Positions 17,495 through 27,005 of a stretch of 64,000 bases of DNA are shown in pieces (position 1 is the first letter of the stretch; every line of letters starts with the position of its first letter). Source of the stretch: an uncultured Actinomycetes bacterium (lineage in GTDB: Bacteria > Actinomycetota > UBA4738 > HRBIN12). A program made the translations under genes and the position numbers. The notes under the pieces are model-generated. The model was not told the DNA's origin, made no database searches, and worked only from the letters and a program-made list of their open reading frames with translations. The stretch covers positions 71,222-135,221 of the forward strand of contig CAWKKN010000007.1 of the NCBI GenBank assembly GCA_963850315.1, read 5' to 3'.

Positions 17495-18718
17495 GTGGAG
17501 CGAGCCGCGCCGCCCGACCTCGGGTTCCGCCCCCAGGATCTGAGCTTCATCGCCGATCCGTACCCCGTGTATGAGGAGTTGCGGGCGAAGGCGCCGCTGC
17601 ACCTCGACGAAGCGACGGACCATTGGCTCGTCTCGCGGTACGAGGACGTCAACGCGCTCCTGCGCGACCGTCGCCTCGGGCGCACGTATCGGCATGTCGC
17701 GACGGATGAAGAGATGGGGCATCCTCCGCCCGATCCCGCGCTGCGACCATTCTGGCACCTCATCGAACACGGCATCCTCGACATGGAACCGCCCACCCAC
17801 ACGCGGGTACGGCGCCTCGTCGCCAAGGCCTTCAGCCCCAAGATGGTCGAGTCGATGCGCGCCCCGGTTCAGCGGCTCATGAACGGCCTCATCGACGAGG
17901 TGGAAGGGAGCGCGCCGTTCGACCTCATCTCCTCGCTCGCCGAGCCGCTCCCGGTCGCCGTGATCGCGGAGCTGCTGGGCGTCCCGGCCCCCGACCGCGG
18001 GCTGCTGCGGCCGTGGTCGGCCGACATCTGCCGGATGTACGAGCTCCACCCCGGTCCGCAGGACGAGCGCATCGCGGTCCGGGCATCGATCGAGTTCTCC
18101 GACTACCTGCGGGCCCTCTCGCGTCAACGGCGTTCCCGGCCCACCGGCGACCTCATCAGCGAGCTGGCGCAGGTGGTGGACGACGGCGAGCGCCTCACCG
18201 AGGACGAGTTGATCGGCACGTGCGTGCTCCTGCTCAACGCGGGCCATGAGGCAACGGTGAACGTCACGGGTAACGGATGGAGGGCCTTGCTGCGCAACCC
18301 CGAGCAGCTCCAGCGGCTACGGAGCGATCCGTCGCTCACCCCCCGCGCGGTCGAGGAGCTGATGCGCTGGGACACGCCGCTGCAGATGTTCGAACGCTGG
18401 TCGCTGGAGGGCGTGGAGGTGCACGGCGTGACGGTGCCACGTGGCGCCGAGTTCGGGCTCCTCTTCGGCTCGGCGAACCGCGACCCCGGCGTGTTCGACC
18501 GGCCCGACGCCCTGGATGTGAGCCGCGAGCCTAACCCCCATCTCACGTTCGGGGCCGGGATCCACTTCTGCCTGGGCGCGCCGCTGGCCCGACTCGAGCT
18601 CCAGACGTCGTTCGCCTCCGTCGTGCGCCGGATGCCGCGGCTCGAGCTCGTCGAGCCGCCGCGCTGGAAGCCGAACTACATCATCCGCGGTCTCGAATCG
18701 CTGATGGTGCGTTCCTAG
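17495..18718 (+). CDS. Cytochrome P450
   Basis: 407 aa. Heme-binding loop FGAGIHFCLGAPLARLE, the I-helix AGHEAT and the EXXR motif (ELMRWDTP). Confidence 0.9.
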   Translation: MERAAPPDLGFRPQDLSFIADPYPVYEELRAKAPLHLDEATDHWLVSRYEDVNALLRDRRLGRTYRHVATDEEMGHPPPDPALRPFWHLIEHGILDMEPPTHTRVRRLVAKAFSPKMVESMRAPVQRLMNGLIDEVEGSAPFDLISSLAEPLPVAVIAELLGVPAPDRGLLRPWSADICRMYELHPGPQDERIAVRASIEFSDYLRALSRQRRSRPTGDLISELAQVVDDGERLTEDELIGTCVLLLNAGHEATVNVTGNGWRALLRNPEQLQRLRSDPSLTPRAVEELMRWDTPLQMFERWSLEGVEVHGVTVPRGAEFGLLFGSANRDPGVFDRPDALDVSREPNPHLTFGAGIHFCLGAPLARLELQTSFASVVRRMPRLELVEPPRWKPNYIIRGLESLMVRS

Positions 18719-18724
18719 GTCTCG

Positions 18725-18798
18725 AGCCGGCGGTCGGATTCGAACCGACGACCTAGCGATTACAAATCGCTTGCGCTACCGGACTGCGCCACGCCGGC
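18725..18798 (-). tRNA. tRNA-Thr (anticodon UGU)
   Basis: Reverse complement GCCGGCGTGGCGCAGTCCGGTAGCGCAAGCGATTTGTAATCGCTAGGTCGTCGGTTCGAATCCGACCGCCGGCT. It folds as a cloverleaf with anticodon loop UUUGUAA, a 7-bp acceptor stem and a TPsiC arm GGTTCGAAT. CCA is not encoded. Confidence 0.85.
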
Positions 18799-19659
18799 GT
18801 CGGCGTCGAGTCTACCCGTGCCCTCGGGCGAGGGCGGGGGCGGACGCGACACCAGCACGTAGCCGTAGAGGGCGGCCGCGAGCGACGCCGATGCGTTGAG
18901 CGATCGGACCCGGCCCCGCACGGGCAACGCCACGAGCGCGTCGCAGCGCTCCCGCGTGAGGCGCGCCATACCCTCCCCCTCGCTCCCCACGACGACCGCG
19001 ACGCGACCGGGCGGGCAGGCGTCGTCGTAGATCGTATGCGGAGCCTCGCCGTCGAGGCCCACGACCCAGAACCCCACGTCCTGGAGGCGTTCGATCGCCC
19101 GCGCGATGTTGGCCACGCGAGCGTGGGGCAGGTGCAGCAGCGCACCCGCCGAGGCACGGATCGCGGCGGCGGTGACGTCGGCGGCTCGCTTCGTCCGCGT
19201 CACCAGCATCGCGGCACCCGCCGATTCGGCGGAGCGCGCCGCGGCGCCGAGATTCTGCGGATCCGTGATGCCGTCGAGGATCGCGACGACGGCGTCGTCG
19301 GTGAACGGGAAGTCGGCCAGGTCCCGTTCCGAGAGCTCGGGCGCCGGAGACCCTCCGTGTGCGCCCGATCCGATCCGTGCCACGACGCCCTGATGCTCGG
19401 CGGCCATGGCATCGAGCTTCGCGCGGGGAACGATACGCACGGGCACGTCGGCGCGCTCGGCCGCGTCCAGCACGGAACGCATGCCCTGTGTCGGTTTCGG
19501 TGAGGCGATCACCAGGATCTCGCGCGCGGCGCCGCTGCGGATCGCCTCGGTGACGGCGCGCCGCCCCGTCACGAGCGTGGCATCGGCGCCGGTCGCGCGT
19601 CGTGGGCCGCGGCGCCGATCGCGGTCGGACGTCACATCAGCAGGGCGACGGCGAGACAT
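18760..19659 (-). CDS. rlmB: 23S rRNA (guanosine-2'-O)-methyltransferase RlmB (SpoU/TrmH family)
   Basis: Start ATG 19659 (MSRRRPADV...) with an Arg-rich N-terminal extension as in actinobacteria. SpoU motifs VVGSEGEGM...LNASASLAAALY. The frame has no stop until it has run 39 nt into tRNA-Thr. Confidence 0.8.
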   Translation of the reverse strand: MSRRRPADVTSDRDRRRGPRRATGADATLVTGRRAVTEAIRSGAAREILVIASPKPTQGMRSVLDAAERADVPVRIVPRAKLDAMAAEHQGVVARIGSGAHGGSPAPELSERDLADFPFTDDAVVAILDGITDPQNLGAAARSAESAGAAMLVTRTKRAADVTAAAIRASAGALLHLPHARVANIARAIERLQDVGFWVVGLDGEAPHTIYDDACPPGRVAVVVGSEGEGMARLTRERCDALVALPVRGRVRSLNASASLAAALYGYVLVSRPPPPSPEGTGRLDADAGVAQSGSASDL

Positions 19660-20114
19660 CCGATGCCGTCTCCGCTCAGCCCCAGTCCTTCCGGCCGGGT
19701 CGCCTTCACCGAGACCCGGTCGGTTCCCACACCGAGGACCGCCGCCAGGTGCGCCCGGATCTCGTCTCGGCGGGGGGCCAGCGCGGGACGCTCGCAAACG
19801 ACCGTCATGTCGCAGGACGACACCGAGCACCCCGCGCCACGCACGGCTGCCACGGTACGCGAGAGCAGCTCCGTGCCCGCGAGGCCGGCGGTCGACGGAT
19901 CCGTGTCGGGGAAGTGATCGCCGAGGTCGCCGAGCCCTGCTGCACCCAGGAGTGCGTCGGCGAGCGCGTGGCAGACGGCGTCCCCGTCCGAGTGTCCCGC
20001 CAGCCCGTCCTCGCCTTCGAAGCGGACACCGCCGAGCCACAGCTCCCGTCCCCTCGCCCAGGGGTGCACGTCGAACCCCAGTCCGACACGCGGCGCCCTG
20101 CCCCCCTCAGGCAC
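19632..20114 (-). CDS. ispF: 2-C-methyl-D-erythritol 2,4-cyclodiphosphate synthase
   Basis: GTG 20114 overlaps the ispD stop. Motifs RVGLGFDVHPW...GHSDGDAVCHALADALLGA...LGDLGDHFPD. 160 aa. Confidence 0.85.
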   Translation of the reverse strand: MPEGGRAPRVGLGFDVHPWARGRELWLGGVRFEGEDGLAGHSDGDAVCHALADALLGAAGLGDLGDHFPDTDPSTAGLAGTELLSRTVAAVRGAGCSVSSCDMTVVCERPALAPRRDEIRAHLAAVLGVGTDRVSVKATRPEGLGLSGDGIGCLAVALLM

Positions 20115-20814
20115 CGGGACCGCCGATCCTGGACTCGGCGCGGGCCAGGTCGAGGAACGTCGTGATCTTGAAGTTCTGCGCGTCGCCCGCCACCGCTTGG
20201 ACCGTGCCTCCGGCGAGCTCCAAGAGGGCCGCGTCGTCGGTGACCTCCAGATCCGAGCCCTCGGCACGGTTGTGGGCACGTCGCAGCGCGTCGACCCGGA
20301 AGGCCTGCGGCGTCTGCGCCAGCACCAGCTCCTCGCGGTCGAGGGTCGAGACCACGACGCCATCGTGCACACGCTTCACGGTGTCGGCGACCGGGATCAC
20401 CGGGATCGCCCCGACGGCGCCCGCGACCACGGCCGCGATCACGGCCGTGAACAGGTCCGGCGGGGCGAACGGCCGGGCGGCGTCGTGCACCGCGACGATG
20501 TCGACGTCGTCACCCAGGACCGCGAGCGCCGCGCGGACCGAGGCCTGCCGGGTGGCGCCGCCCGGCACCACCGTGACCGGCTTGCCCAGGAACTCCACGC
20601 ACCCAGCGGCGCGCTCCTCCAAGCCGGGAGGTGCGGTCACGATGAGGGATGACACCGACGGCGAGGCTGCCGCCGCGGCCGCCGCCACGGCAAGCAACGG
20701 TCGGTCCCCGATCGTCACGAACGCCTTGGGACCGTCGGCGCCCAGGCGCCGTCCCGCCCCCGCAGCCAAGACGATCGCCGCCGCCTGCGGCCGCTCCGAT
20801 GATTCGCTCCCCAT
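20107..20814 (-). CDS. ispD: 2-C-methyl-D-erythritol 4-phosphate cytidylyltransferase
   Basis: AAIVLAAGAGRRLG...VAVHDAARPFAPP motifs. The start could be 20814, 20832 or 20841. Confidence 0.8.
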   Translation of the reverse strand: MGSESSERPQAAAIVLAAGAGRRLGADGPKAFVTIGDRPLLAVAAAAAAASPSVSSLIVTAPPGLEERAAGCVEFLGKPVTVVPGGATRQASVRAALAVLGDDVDIVAVHDAARPFAPPDLFTAVIAAVVAGAVGAIPVIPVADTVKRVHDGVVVSTLDREELVLAQTPQAFRVDALRRAHNRAEGSDLEVTDDAALLELAGGTVQAVAGDAQNFKITTFLDLARAESRIGGPGA

Positions 20815-20903
20815 AGGGCAAGCATCGCACATGCCCCTCACGGCTTCGTCGGTCGGGCACGGACGGCGAGACCTGGTCCTGCCGGGCGGCTCGCAACGGC
20901 GTG

Positions 20904-21983
20904 TCAGACGTCGACGCCGGCCTCGGTGGCGAGCGCGGCGAACACCATCCGTCCGGTGGTGGTCTGGATCACGTTCGTGACCCGTACCTCCACGGTGGTG
21001 CCGATCCGGTCGTCGGCGCGCTCCACGACGACCATGGTGCCATCCTCGAGGTAGCCGACGCCCTGGCCGTGCTCGCGCCCCTCTTTCACGAGCCGCACGG
21101 TGATCCCGTCGCCGGCCGTGACGGGGACCCGGAACTTCGACGCGAGGGCATTGATCTGTGCGACGGGGACCCGAAGGGCCTCGGCGACCTTCGCAAGGTT
21201 GTGATCCACCGTGATGAGGGACGCACCTCGCTCGCGAGCCAGGCGCACGAGCGCCGCGTCAACGTCCATCACCCCTAGCTCCTCCACCAGCTGGAACTGG
21301 ATCGTCGGCGCCTTCTGCAGCTCGACCAGGATGTCGAGGCCGCGGCGTCCCCGGCTGCGCCGGCCCGGATCCGACGAGTCGCTGATGGCCTGCAACTCGC
21401 GGAGCACGCCATCGTGCAACAAGATCGTGCCGCTCACGAATCCGGTCGCCACGAGGTCCGCGATCCGTCCGTCGATCAGGGCGCTCGTGTCGACCACGTA
21501 CAGATCGCCTCTGGACGAGGCGGCGGAGGCGCGCGGCTTCATCCCGACCAACGCGAAGATGTCCTCGTGCTTGGCTGCGCCCAGCCGGTACCCGAGCGAT
21601 CCCAAGACCAGATACAGGAACACGATGGCCGGCCACGCGATCGTGGCGGGAACGAAGATGAGCGGGATCATCATCAAGCCGGACACGATCAGCCCGATCA
21701 CGAGGCCCACGACGCCGCCGGCGATCTCCGGCGCCGGTTTGCGCCGAAGCTCTCGCTCCATGCCCGTGACGGCGCGCAGGGTCAGGCGTCCCATCACGCC
21801 CCCGATGACGAACCCGGTCGCGGCGCCCAGGAAGATGAACGACAGCGCCCGGCTCGTGCTCTCGTCCGCGTAGGAGGCCCCGATCTGGAACCCGGCGGTG
21901 CCGAGCAGGGCGATGAAGATCAGGCGAACGCCCTCGACCAAGCGCCCGCGCAGGCTCCCCGCCCGGGGCTCCTTCTCGCTCAT
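20904..21983 (-). CDS. PIN/TRAM-domain membrane protein (YacL-like)
   Basis: N-terminal TM helices, a PIN domain (LYVVDTSALIDGRIADL) and a C-terminal TRAM-like barrel. It sits between carD and ispD, as yacL does in Firmicutes. Confidence 0.75.
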   Translation of the reverse strand: MSEKEPRAGSLRGRLVEGVRLIFIALLGTAGFQIGASYADESTSRALSFIFLGAATGFVIGGVMGRLTLRAVTGMERELRRKPAPEIAGGVVGLVIGLIVSGLMMIPLIFVPATIAWPAIVFLYLVLGSLGYRLGAAKHEDIFALVGMKPRASAASSRGDLYVVDTSALIDGRIADLVATGFVSGTILLHDGVLRELQAISDSSDPGRRSRGRRGLDILVELQKAPTIQFQLVEELGVMDVDAALVRLARERGASLITVDHNLAKVAEALRVPVAQINALASKFRVPVTAGDGITVRLVKEGREHGQGVGYLEDGTMVVVERADDRIGTTVEVRVTNVIQTTTGRMVFAALATEAGVDV

Positions 21984-22157
21984 CTCCCTCGTGGTCCTTC
22001 CGACGATTGGCCGACGATCTCTGGCCGCCGATCCTTGGCCCAGCGATGTCGGGAGCAGTCGAACCCACCCCTATGGATAGGGTCATCGGCGCGCGTGGAA
22101 GGAAGCCTGAGCGAGAAGCTGAGCGGCGGCCGGGCGAGCCCGAGCCCCACGAACGAA

Positions 22158-22670
22158 CTAGTTAGCTTCGGCGACGACCTTGGCGCCGTGGGCACCGTCG
22201 AGGACATCGTCGATCATGACCTCGGCCTGGTCCTCCGACTTGCCGGTGGCGTGGGAGAGCTCCGAGATCAGGATCTGGCGGGCCTTCGTGATCATCCGCT
22301 TCTCCCCAGCCGACAACCCCTTCTCGCGGTCGCGGATGGAAAGGTTCCGCAGGACCTCGGCCACCTGATAGGGATCGCCTGAGTGCAGCTTCTCCATGTT
22401 GTTCTTGAAGCGCCGGCTCCAGTTGGCCGCCATCGAGGATTCCTCCTCGGTGAGGACCTTCAGGACCTTCTTGACCTCGTTCTTGCTGACGACCGAGCGC
22501 AGACCCACCTGCTCGGTGGAATCCGTCGGGATCATGAGCGTCAGATCGCCGTAGGCGACCCTCAGTACGAGGTAGGTCCGCTTCTCCCCGAGGAATTCCT
22601 TCTCACGCAGTTCTTCGATGACTGCCGCGCCATGTTCCGGATGCACCACTGTGTCGCCCTTGCGGAACAC
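22158..22670 (-). CDS. carD: RNA polymerase-binding transcription factor CarD (CarD_CdnL_TRCF family)
   Basis: MFRKGDTVVHPEHGAAVIEEL...: the N-terminal RNAP-interacting domain and a C-terminal helical domain. 170 aa. Confidence 0.9.
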   Translation of the reverse strand: MFRKGDTVVHPEHGAAVIEELREKEFLGEKRTYLVLRVAYGDLTLMIPTDSTEQVGLRSVVSKNEVKKVLKVLTEEESSMAANWSRRFKNNMEKLHSGDPYQVAEVLRNLSIRDREKGLSAGEKRMITKARQILISELSHATGKSEDQAEVMIDDVLDGAHGAKVVAEAN

Positions 22671-22843
22671 GAAACCTCCCCTGGGAAAAGCACGGGAACC
22701 TCGGCTCGACCGTCTGGAGCCGGGACATCTATGACTGGTGACAGGCTAACACGGACCCGCCTTGCGACGCAACCCAAAACCGCAGGTCAGAGGCCTAACG
22801 GAGGGGGAACGTGGTCCGTCTGACCTAGTTCTTGCGGGGTGAG

Positions 22844-24229
22844 TCAGGCGGCACCGCGGCGAGTTCCAGCAGGTGGGAGCGCCCAACCCAGGGCATCGAT
22901 GATGTGGCGGACGGGGATCACGCGAAGACCCTCGGGTCGCTCGGCCGGCCCGAGGGCGGAGGCCGCGGCCGGAGCGTAGACGGCGGTGCAGCCGCCCGCG
23001 CGGGCGGCCGAGAGGCGCTGCACCAGACCGGGAGCCGAACGAACGAGACCGGTGAGCGCCACCTCACCCACGAACGCAGCGCCCGCCGGAGGCGGCCGTC
23101 CGGTCGCGGCCGAAACGAGCGCCGCCGCGACGGCGAGGTCACAGGCGGGATCGTCGAGCCTGATCCCTCCCGAGGAGGCGCCGAAGAGCTCCGATCGTCC
23201 CAGCGGCATCCCGGCGGCGCGATCGAGCACGGCCGCGACCAGCTGGAACCGCCGGGCGTCCAGGCCGGTGGTCTGACGGCGGGCAGGGCCATCGGACGTC
23301 CCTACCAGGGCCTGCACCTCGACGGCGAGGGCCCGACGTCCCGACCGTGGCAGGGCCACCGCCGCGCCCGGCACGCGCTCTCCCGAGATCAGCAGGCCCG
23401 TAGGGTCGATCGGGCGCAGGCCCGCCTCGCCCATCTCGAACCACGCCGTCTCTCCCTCGGGCCCGAACCGGTTCTTGCCGCCGGAGAGCACCCGCAGCCC
23501 CGACCGCGGCTCTCCGTCGAAGCCGAGCACGACGTCGACGGCGTGCTCGAGGCTGCGCGGCCCGGCGAGATCGCCGTCCTTCGTCACGTGGCCCGTCATC
23601 AGCACCGCGATCCCCTGCGCCTTCGCGATCCCGACCAGCGCATCCGTGCAGATCCGCACCTGGGACGCCCCACCCGGCATCTGGGTGCCCCCGGATTCCC
23701 GCAGGGCCTGGATGGAGTCCACCGCGAGCAGGAAGGGTCCCGACCCACCGGCCGTCTCCAGCACCTGCTGGAGATCGCGCCCGGGGGCGAACGTCAGGGC
23801 CTCGCCCGCGATCCCCAGGCGCCGAGCCCGGGACGCAACCTGCGCGTGCGACTCCTCGCCGGATACGAGGAGACAGGACCGCCCGGTCGCCGACACCTTG
23901 GCGACGATCTGAAGCAAGAGCGTGGACTTGCCGATGCCGGGCTCCCCCGCCAGCAGCGTCACCGAGGCCGGAACGAGGCCGCCTCCCAGCACCCGGTCGA
24001 CCTCCTCGAAGCCGGTGGAGACCCGCTGATCGGCCTCGGGGGCAGCGCCGAGGCCGATCAGCGGGACGGGTACCACGGCCGTGTCGCCGAGCCGGCCGCG
24101 GCCTCGCGTCACGCTCGGCGCGAGCTCGTGGACGGTGCCCCAGCCCTCGCAACCGGGGCAACGACCGACCCACTGGGCAACCTGCTGCCCGCAGGCCGAA
24201 CACTCCAGGCGGGTCCTCGCCTTCACCAT
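22844..24229 (-). CDS. radA: DNA repair protein RadA/Sms
   Basis: Zinc finger CSACGQQVAQWVGRCPGCEGW, Walker A GEPGIGKST, a KNRFG motif and a Lon-like C-terminus. Start at MVKARTRLE (24229) preferred over the track start 24259. Confidence 0.85.
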   Translation of the reverse strand: MVKARTRLECSACGQQVAQWVGRCPGCEGWGTVHELAPSVTRGRGRLGDTAVVPVPLIGLGAAPEADQRVSTGFEEVDRVLGGGLVPASVTLLAGEPGIGKSTLLLQIVAKVSATGRSCLLVSGEESHAQVASRARRLGIAGEALTFAPGRDLQQVLETAGGSGPFLLAVDSIQALRESGGTQMPGGASQVRICTDALVGIAKAQGIAVLMTGHVTKDGDLAGPRSLEHAVDVVLGFDGEPRSGLRVLSGGKNRFGPEGETAWFEMGEAGLRPIDPTGLLISGERVPGAAVALPRSGRRALAVEVQALVGTSDGPARRQTTGLDARRFQLVAAVLDRAAGMPLGRSELFGASSGGIRLDDPACDLAVAAALVSAATGRPPPAGAAFVGEVALTGLVRSAPGLVQRLSAARAGGCTAVYAPAAASALGPAERPEGLRVIPVRHIIDALGWALPPAGTRRGAA

Positions 24230-24454
24230 GGGTCGCAAGGTAGCGGTCGGGTAGGACACGGCCCACGTGTATCCTTACGCCGGACGGTGCAAGAGGTGCG
24301 CCGCGAGACGATCGAAGGGAGTGATGAGGATGGCTGCGATCCGGGTCCTTCATATCGCACGTATTCCGCGTCCCTCCCGATCCGCCCAGCGCTAACCGCT
24401 CAGCCGAGCCGTCACGCGCCCCCGGCGCTTCCTTCGAAGGGACGTGGCATCTCC

Positions 24455-25249
24455 ATGTCACGGAACCCTTCAAGGGAGGCACCTGCGTTGCACGACGACA
24501 CGTTCGAGCACTTCATGGACGAAGGGCTCATCGAATCGATCATCCGTCCGATCCAGAGCGGCAAGGAGGCGTCGGTCCACCTGTGCCGCGCCGATCCGAG
24601 TACGAGCGGCGAGGCCCTCGTCGCGCTCAAGATCTATCACCCGCTGAACCGGCGGGACTTCCGCGACGAGGGCCTCTACCGCCACGGCGAGTGGATCAAG
24701 GAGCGCCGCGTCCGCGTAGCTCTCGAGAAGCGCACCACGTACGGCCGCCAGGTCCAGGGGGGGCTGTGGGTAGGTCGCGAATGGGAAGCGCTGCGCGCGC
24801 TCGCCTCGGCGAGCGTCCCGGTGCCCGTCCCACGGCCCATCGAACGCACCGACGAGGCGATCTTGATGACCTACGTCGGCGACCTCCAGAGTGCGGCGCC
24901 GCAGCTGCGCTCCTACCGCCCGCAGGACCCCGAGGAGGCTCGCGAGCTGTTCGATGAGGTGGTCCACGCCGTCGAGCTCATGTTGTTCAACGACATCGTG
25001 CACGCTGACCTTTCGCCCTACAACGTCTTGGTGTGGAATGGCCGTATCACGGTGATCGACCTGCCGCAGGCCGTGGACCCGCGCAAGAACAGCCACGCCG
25101 AAGCGTTCCTGCGCCGTGACCTCGAGCGGATCGTCAGCTACTTCGAACGGTTCGGCGTCTCCGCGTCCGCCGACGCCATCGCCGCCGACCTATGGACCGC
25201 CTGGACGTTCGCGGACCTCGTCCCCGAGGAGCTGCGCGGCCCGACGTGA
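24455..25249 (+). CDS. RIO1-family atypical serine protein kinase
   Basis: ATG 24455. Motifs SGKEASVHL (P-loop-like), LVHADLSPYNVLV and ITVIDLPQAVD (the RIO catalytic and metal-binding loops). It is the in-frame tail of a long spurious ORF antisense to radA. Confidence 0.8.
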   Translation: MSRNPSREAPALHDDTFEHFMDEGLIESIIRPIQSGKEASVHLCRADPSTSGEALVALKIYHPLNRRDFRDEGLYRHGEWIKERRVRVALEKRTTYGRQVQGGLWVGREWEALRALASASVPVPVPRPIERTDEAILMTYVGDLQSAAPQLRSYRPQDPEEARELFDEVVHAVELMLFNDIVHADLSPYNVLVWNGRITVIDLPQAVDPRKNSHAEAFLRRDLERIVSYFERFGVSASADAIAADLWTAWTFADLVPEELRGPT

Positions 25250-25262
25250 GGCGGAGGCGCTC

Positions 25263-25421
25263 GTGCGCGAAGTAGCCATGATCCTCGACACGCGCGAACG
25301 GCTGGCGTTCTGTGAGGCTCACGTGCCGGGCTCGGTGAACGTCGAGCTCGACGGGTCGCTCCCCAGCCGGCCTGAGCGCTCAGTTGTCCGGTCGCGAGGG
25401 CCGCCGCGACCAACGGCCTGA
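25263..25421 (+). pseudogene. Rhodanese-domain N-terminal fragment (probable remnant)
   Basis: EALVREVAMILDTRERLAFCEAHVPGSVNVEL resembles the start of a rhodanese domain (ILDVRE...GHIPGAVNIPL) but stops after about 50 aa with no catalytic Cys loop. It lies immediately upstream of a sulfite-oxidase-family gene. Confidence 0.3.
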
Positions 25422-25424
25422 CGT

Positions 25425-26630
25425 ATGGAAACGTGGAGAACGCGTCACATGTCCCGCCGTCGGTTGACCGTCGCGGCCTCTTCGTGTGTCACGAGGAGAG
25501 GGTGTACCACGCAGCAAGAGGCGAGTGAAGAGCGGCGGCATGCGAGAGCTCGCCGTCCCCGAACGGCCACGACGGTGCCCGGGATCGTGAAGTCGGTGCA
25601 TCCGAGCCGCTTCATCCAGCACGACACGGCGGCGGAGATGCGGTGGGACCGGGTCGACCCCGGCTACCTCACGCCGGTCGATCGGTTCTTCGTGCGCAAT
25701 CAGAGTGTGACCCCGCGTGTCGGCGTCGGCGATTGGCGGCTCCGGATCGAGGGTCCCGGCGTGACACGACCGCTCAGCCTGAGCTACGACGAGATCCTCT
25801 CCCTTCCCAGCGTTACCGTCGTCCGCGCCCTCGAGTGCGCGGGGAACGGGCGAGCGTTCTTCGCCGTCGAGCACGGGCATGCGCTGGAGGGCCACGGATG
25901 GATGCTGGGTGGGGTCGGGGTCGCGGAGTGGACCGGAGTGCCGCTCACCGAGCTGTTGCAGCGAGCGGGCGCCCTCGAGTCCGCGGTGGACGTCATGCCG
26001 ATCGGGGCGGACGAACTCCAAGTTCGCAGGCCCATGCCGATCGCGAAGGCGCTGGAGGAGGACACGCTGCTGGCGGTCGCGATGAACGGCGAGCCGCTCC
26101 AGCCCGATCACGGCTTTCCCGCCCGCGTCCTCGTTCCCGGGTGGGCCGGCATCTCCAGCATCAAATGGGTCGAGGAGATCTGCGTATCGCTGGCGCCGCT
26201 CTCCTCGCCGTGGAGCACCGAGTCCTACGTACTTCGCGGCCCCGCCTACGAGACGCCCGAACACCCTCACGGGAAGGTGATCCATGCGCTGAGCGTGAAG
26301 AGTGCCCTGGAGCTGCCCTGGCCGGCCGATCTGGTGGCGGGGCGTCGCGACCTGCATGGCCGCGCATGGTCGGCACTAGGCCGCGTCGCGCTCGTCGATG
26401 TCAGCCTCGACGGCGGTCGGACCTGGGCCGGCGCGGAGCTCGTGGCACCGAACGAACCTCGGGCGTGGGTTCGGTGGCTCTTCCGCTGGGATGCGGTTCC
26501 GGGCGCGTTCGGCATCCGCGTGCGGGCGACCGATGAGTTCGGCAACACGCAGCCGGATCACGTCTCGTGGAACAACCTGGGCTATGAGTACGACGGCGTG
26601 GTGGCGCACCCCGTGGTGGTCCATCCCTAG
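25425..26630 (+). CDS. Sulfite oxidase-family molybdopterin oxidoreductase
   Basis: Moco-binding core (FFVRNQ...ECAGNGR...GVPLTELL...) and a C-terminal dimerisation domain. Possible Tat-like SRRRLTV near the N-terminus. Start is uncertain (25425 or 25449). Confidence 0.8.
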   Translation: METWRTRHMSRRRLTVAASSCVTRRGCTTQQEASEERRHARARRPRTATTVPGIVKSVHPSRFIQHDTAAEMRWDRVDPGYLTPVDRFFVRNQSVTPRVGVGDWRLRIEGPGVTRPLSLSYDEILSLPSVTVVRALECAGNGRAFFAVEHGHALEGHGWMLGGVGVAEWTGVPLTELLQRAGALESAVDVMPIGADELQVRRPMPIAKALEEDTLLAVAMNGEPLQPDHGFPARVLVPGWAGISSIKWVEEICVSLAPLSSPWSTESYVLRGPAYETPEHPHGKVIHALSVKSALELPWPADLVAGRRDLHGRAWSALGRVALVDVSLDGGRTWAGAELVAPNEPRAWVRWLFRWDAVPGAFGIRVRATDEFGNTQPDHVSWNNLGYEYDGVVAHPVVVHP

Positions 26631-27005
26631 GGCGGAGCCGGGTAGGCGGCCGGGGCTTCTCCCCGGCCCAGACGAAGGGGAGGGATCGCCGGGAGATGAG
26701 TCCTGGCCTTCCTACGGTATGGGCCGGCCGCGGCATCCATGAAGTCGGAGGACCGCTCCTGCGTGTGATCACCGTGGACATGGCGAGCGGTTCGCGCTCA
26801 CGGCCGCCGGGGCTCGTCGACAGCGACATCGACGCCCCGCACTGGATCGGCAACCATCCTGACCGAGAACCGCTACACGGGTTGACGTTCCTCACGTGCG
26901 CGGCCGACGTAGGCTCAACACGGGCGGTCTCGGGTGATACCGAGCGTGCCTAAACGAAACCACCGCGCTGCGCATCCATGGTTCGTGTGGAGCGAGGGAG
27001 CACGG

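Noticed and set aside
19660-20040. N-terminal 127-codon extension of the rlmB ORF
   Set aside because: Arg-rich low-complexity. Overlaps ispF. The internal ATG at 19659 gives a normal-length SpoU methyltransferase.
22832-24440. 805-aa plus-strand ORF spanning the radA locus
   Set aside because: Only its last 265 codons (24455-25249, RIO kinase) look like protein. The upstream part is antisense to radA and low-complexity.
26960-27005. SigE-type promoter (GGAAC-N16-17-GTT) upstream of the second ECF sigma gene
   Set aside because: Only a weak GAAACC ... GGTT arrangement with about 19-20 nt spacing. Not convincing by eye.
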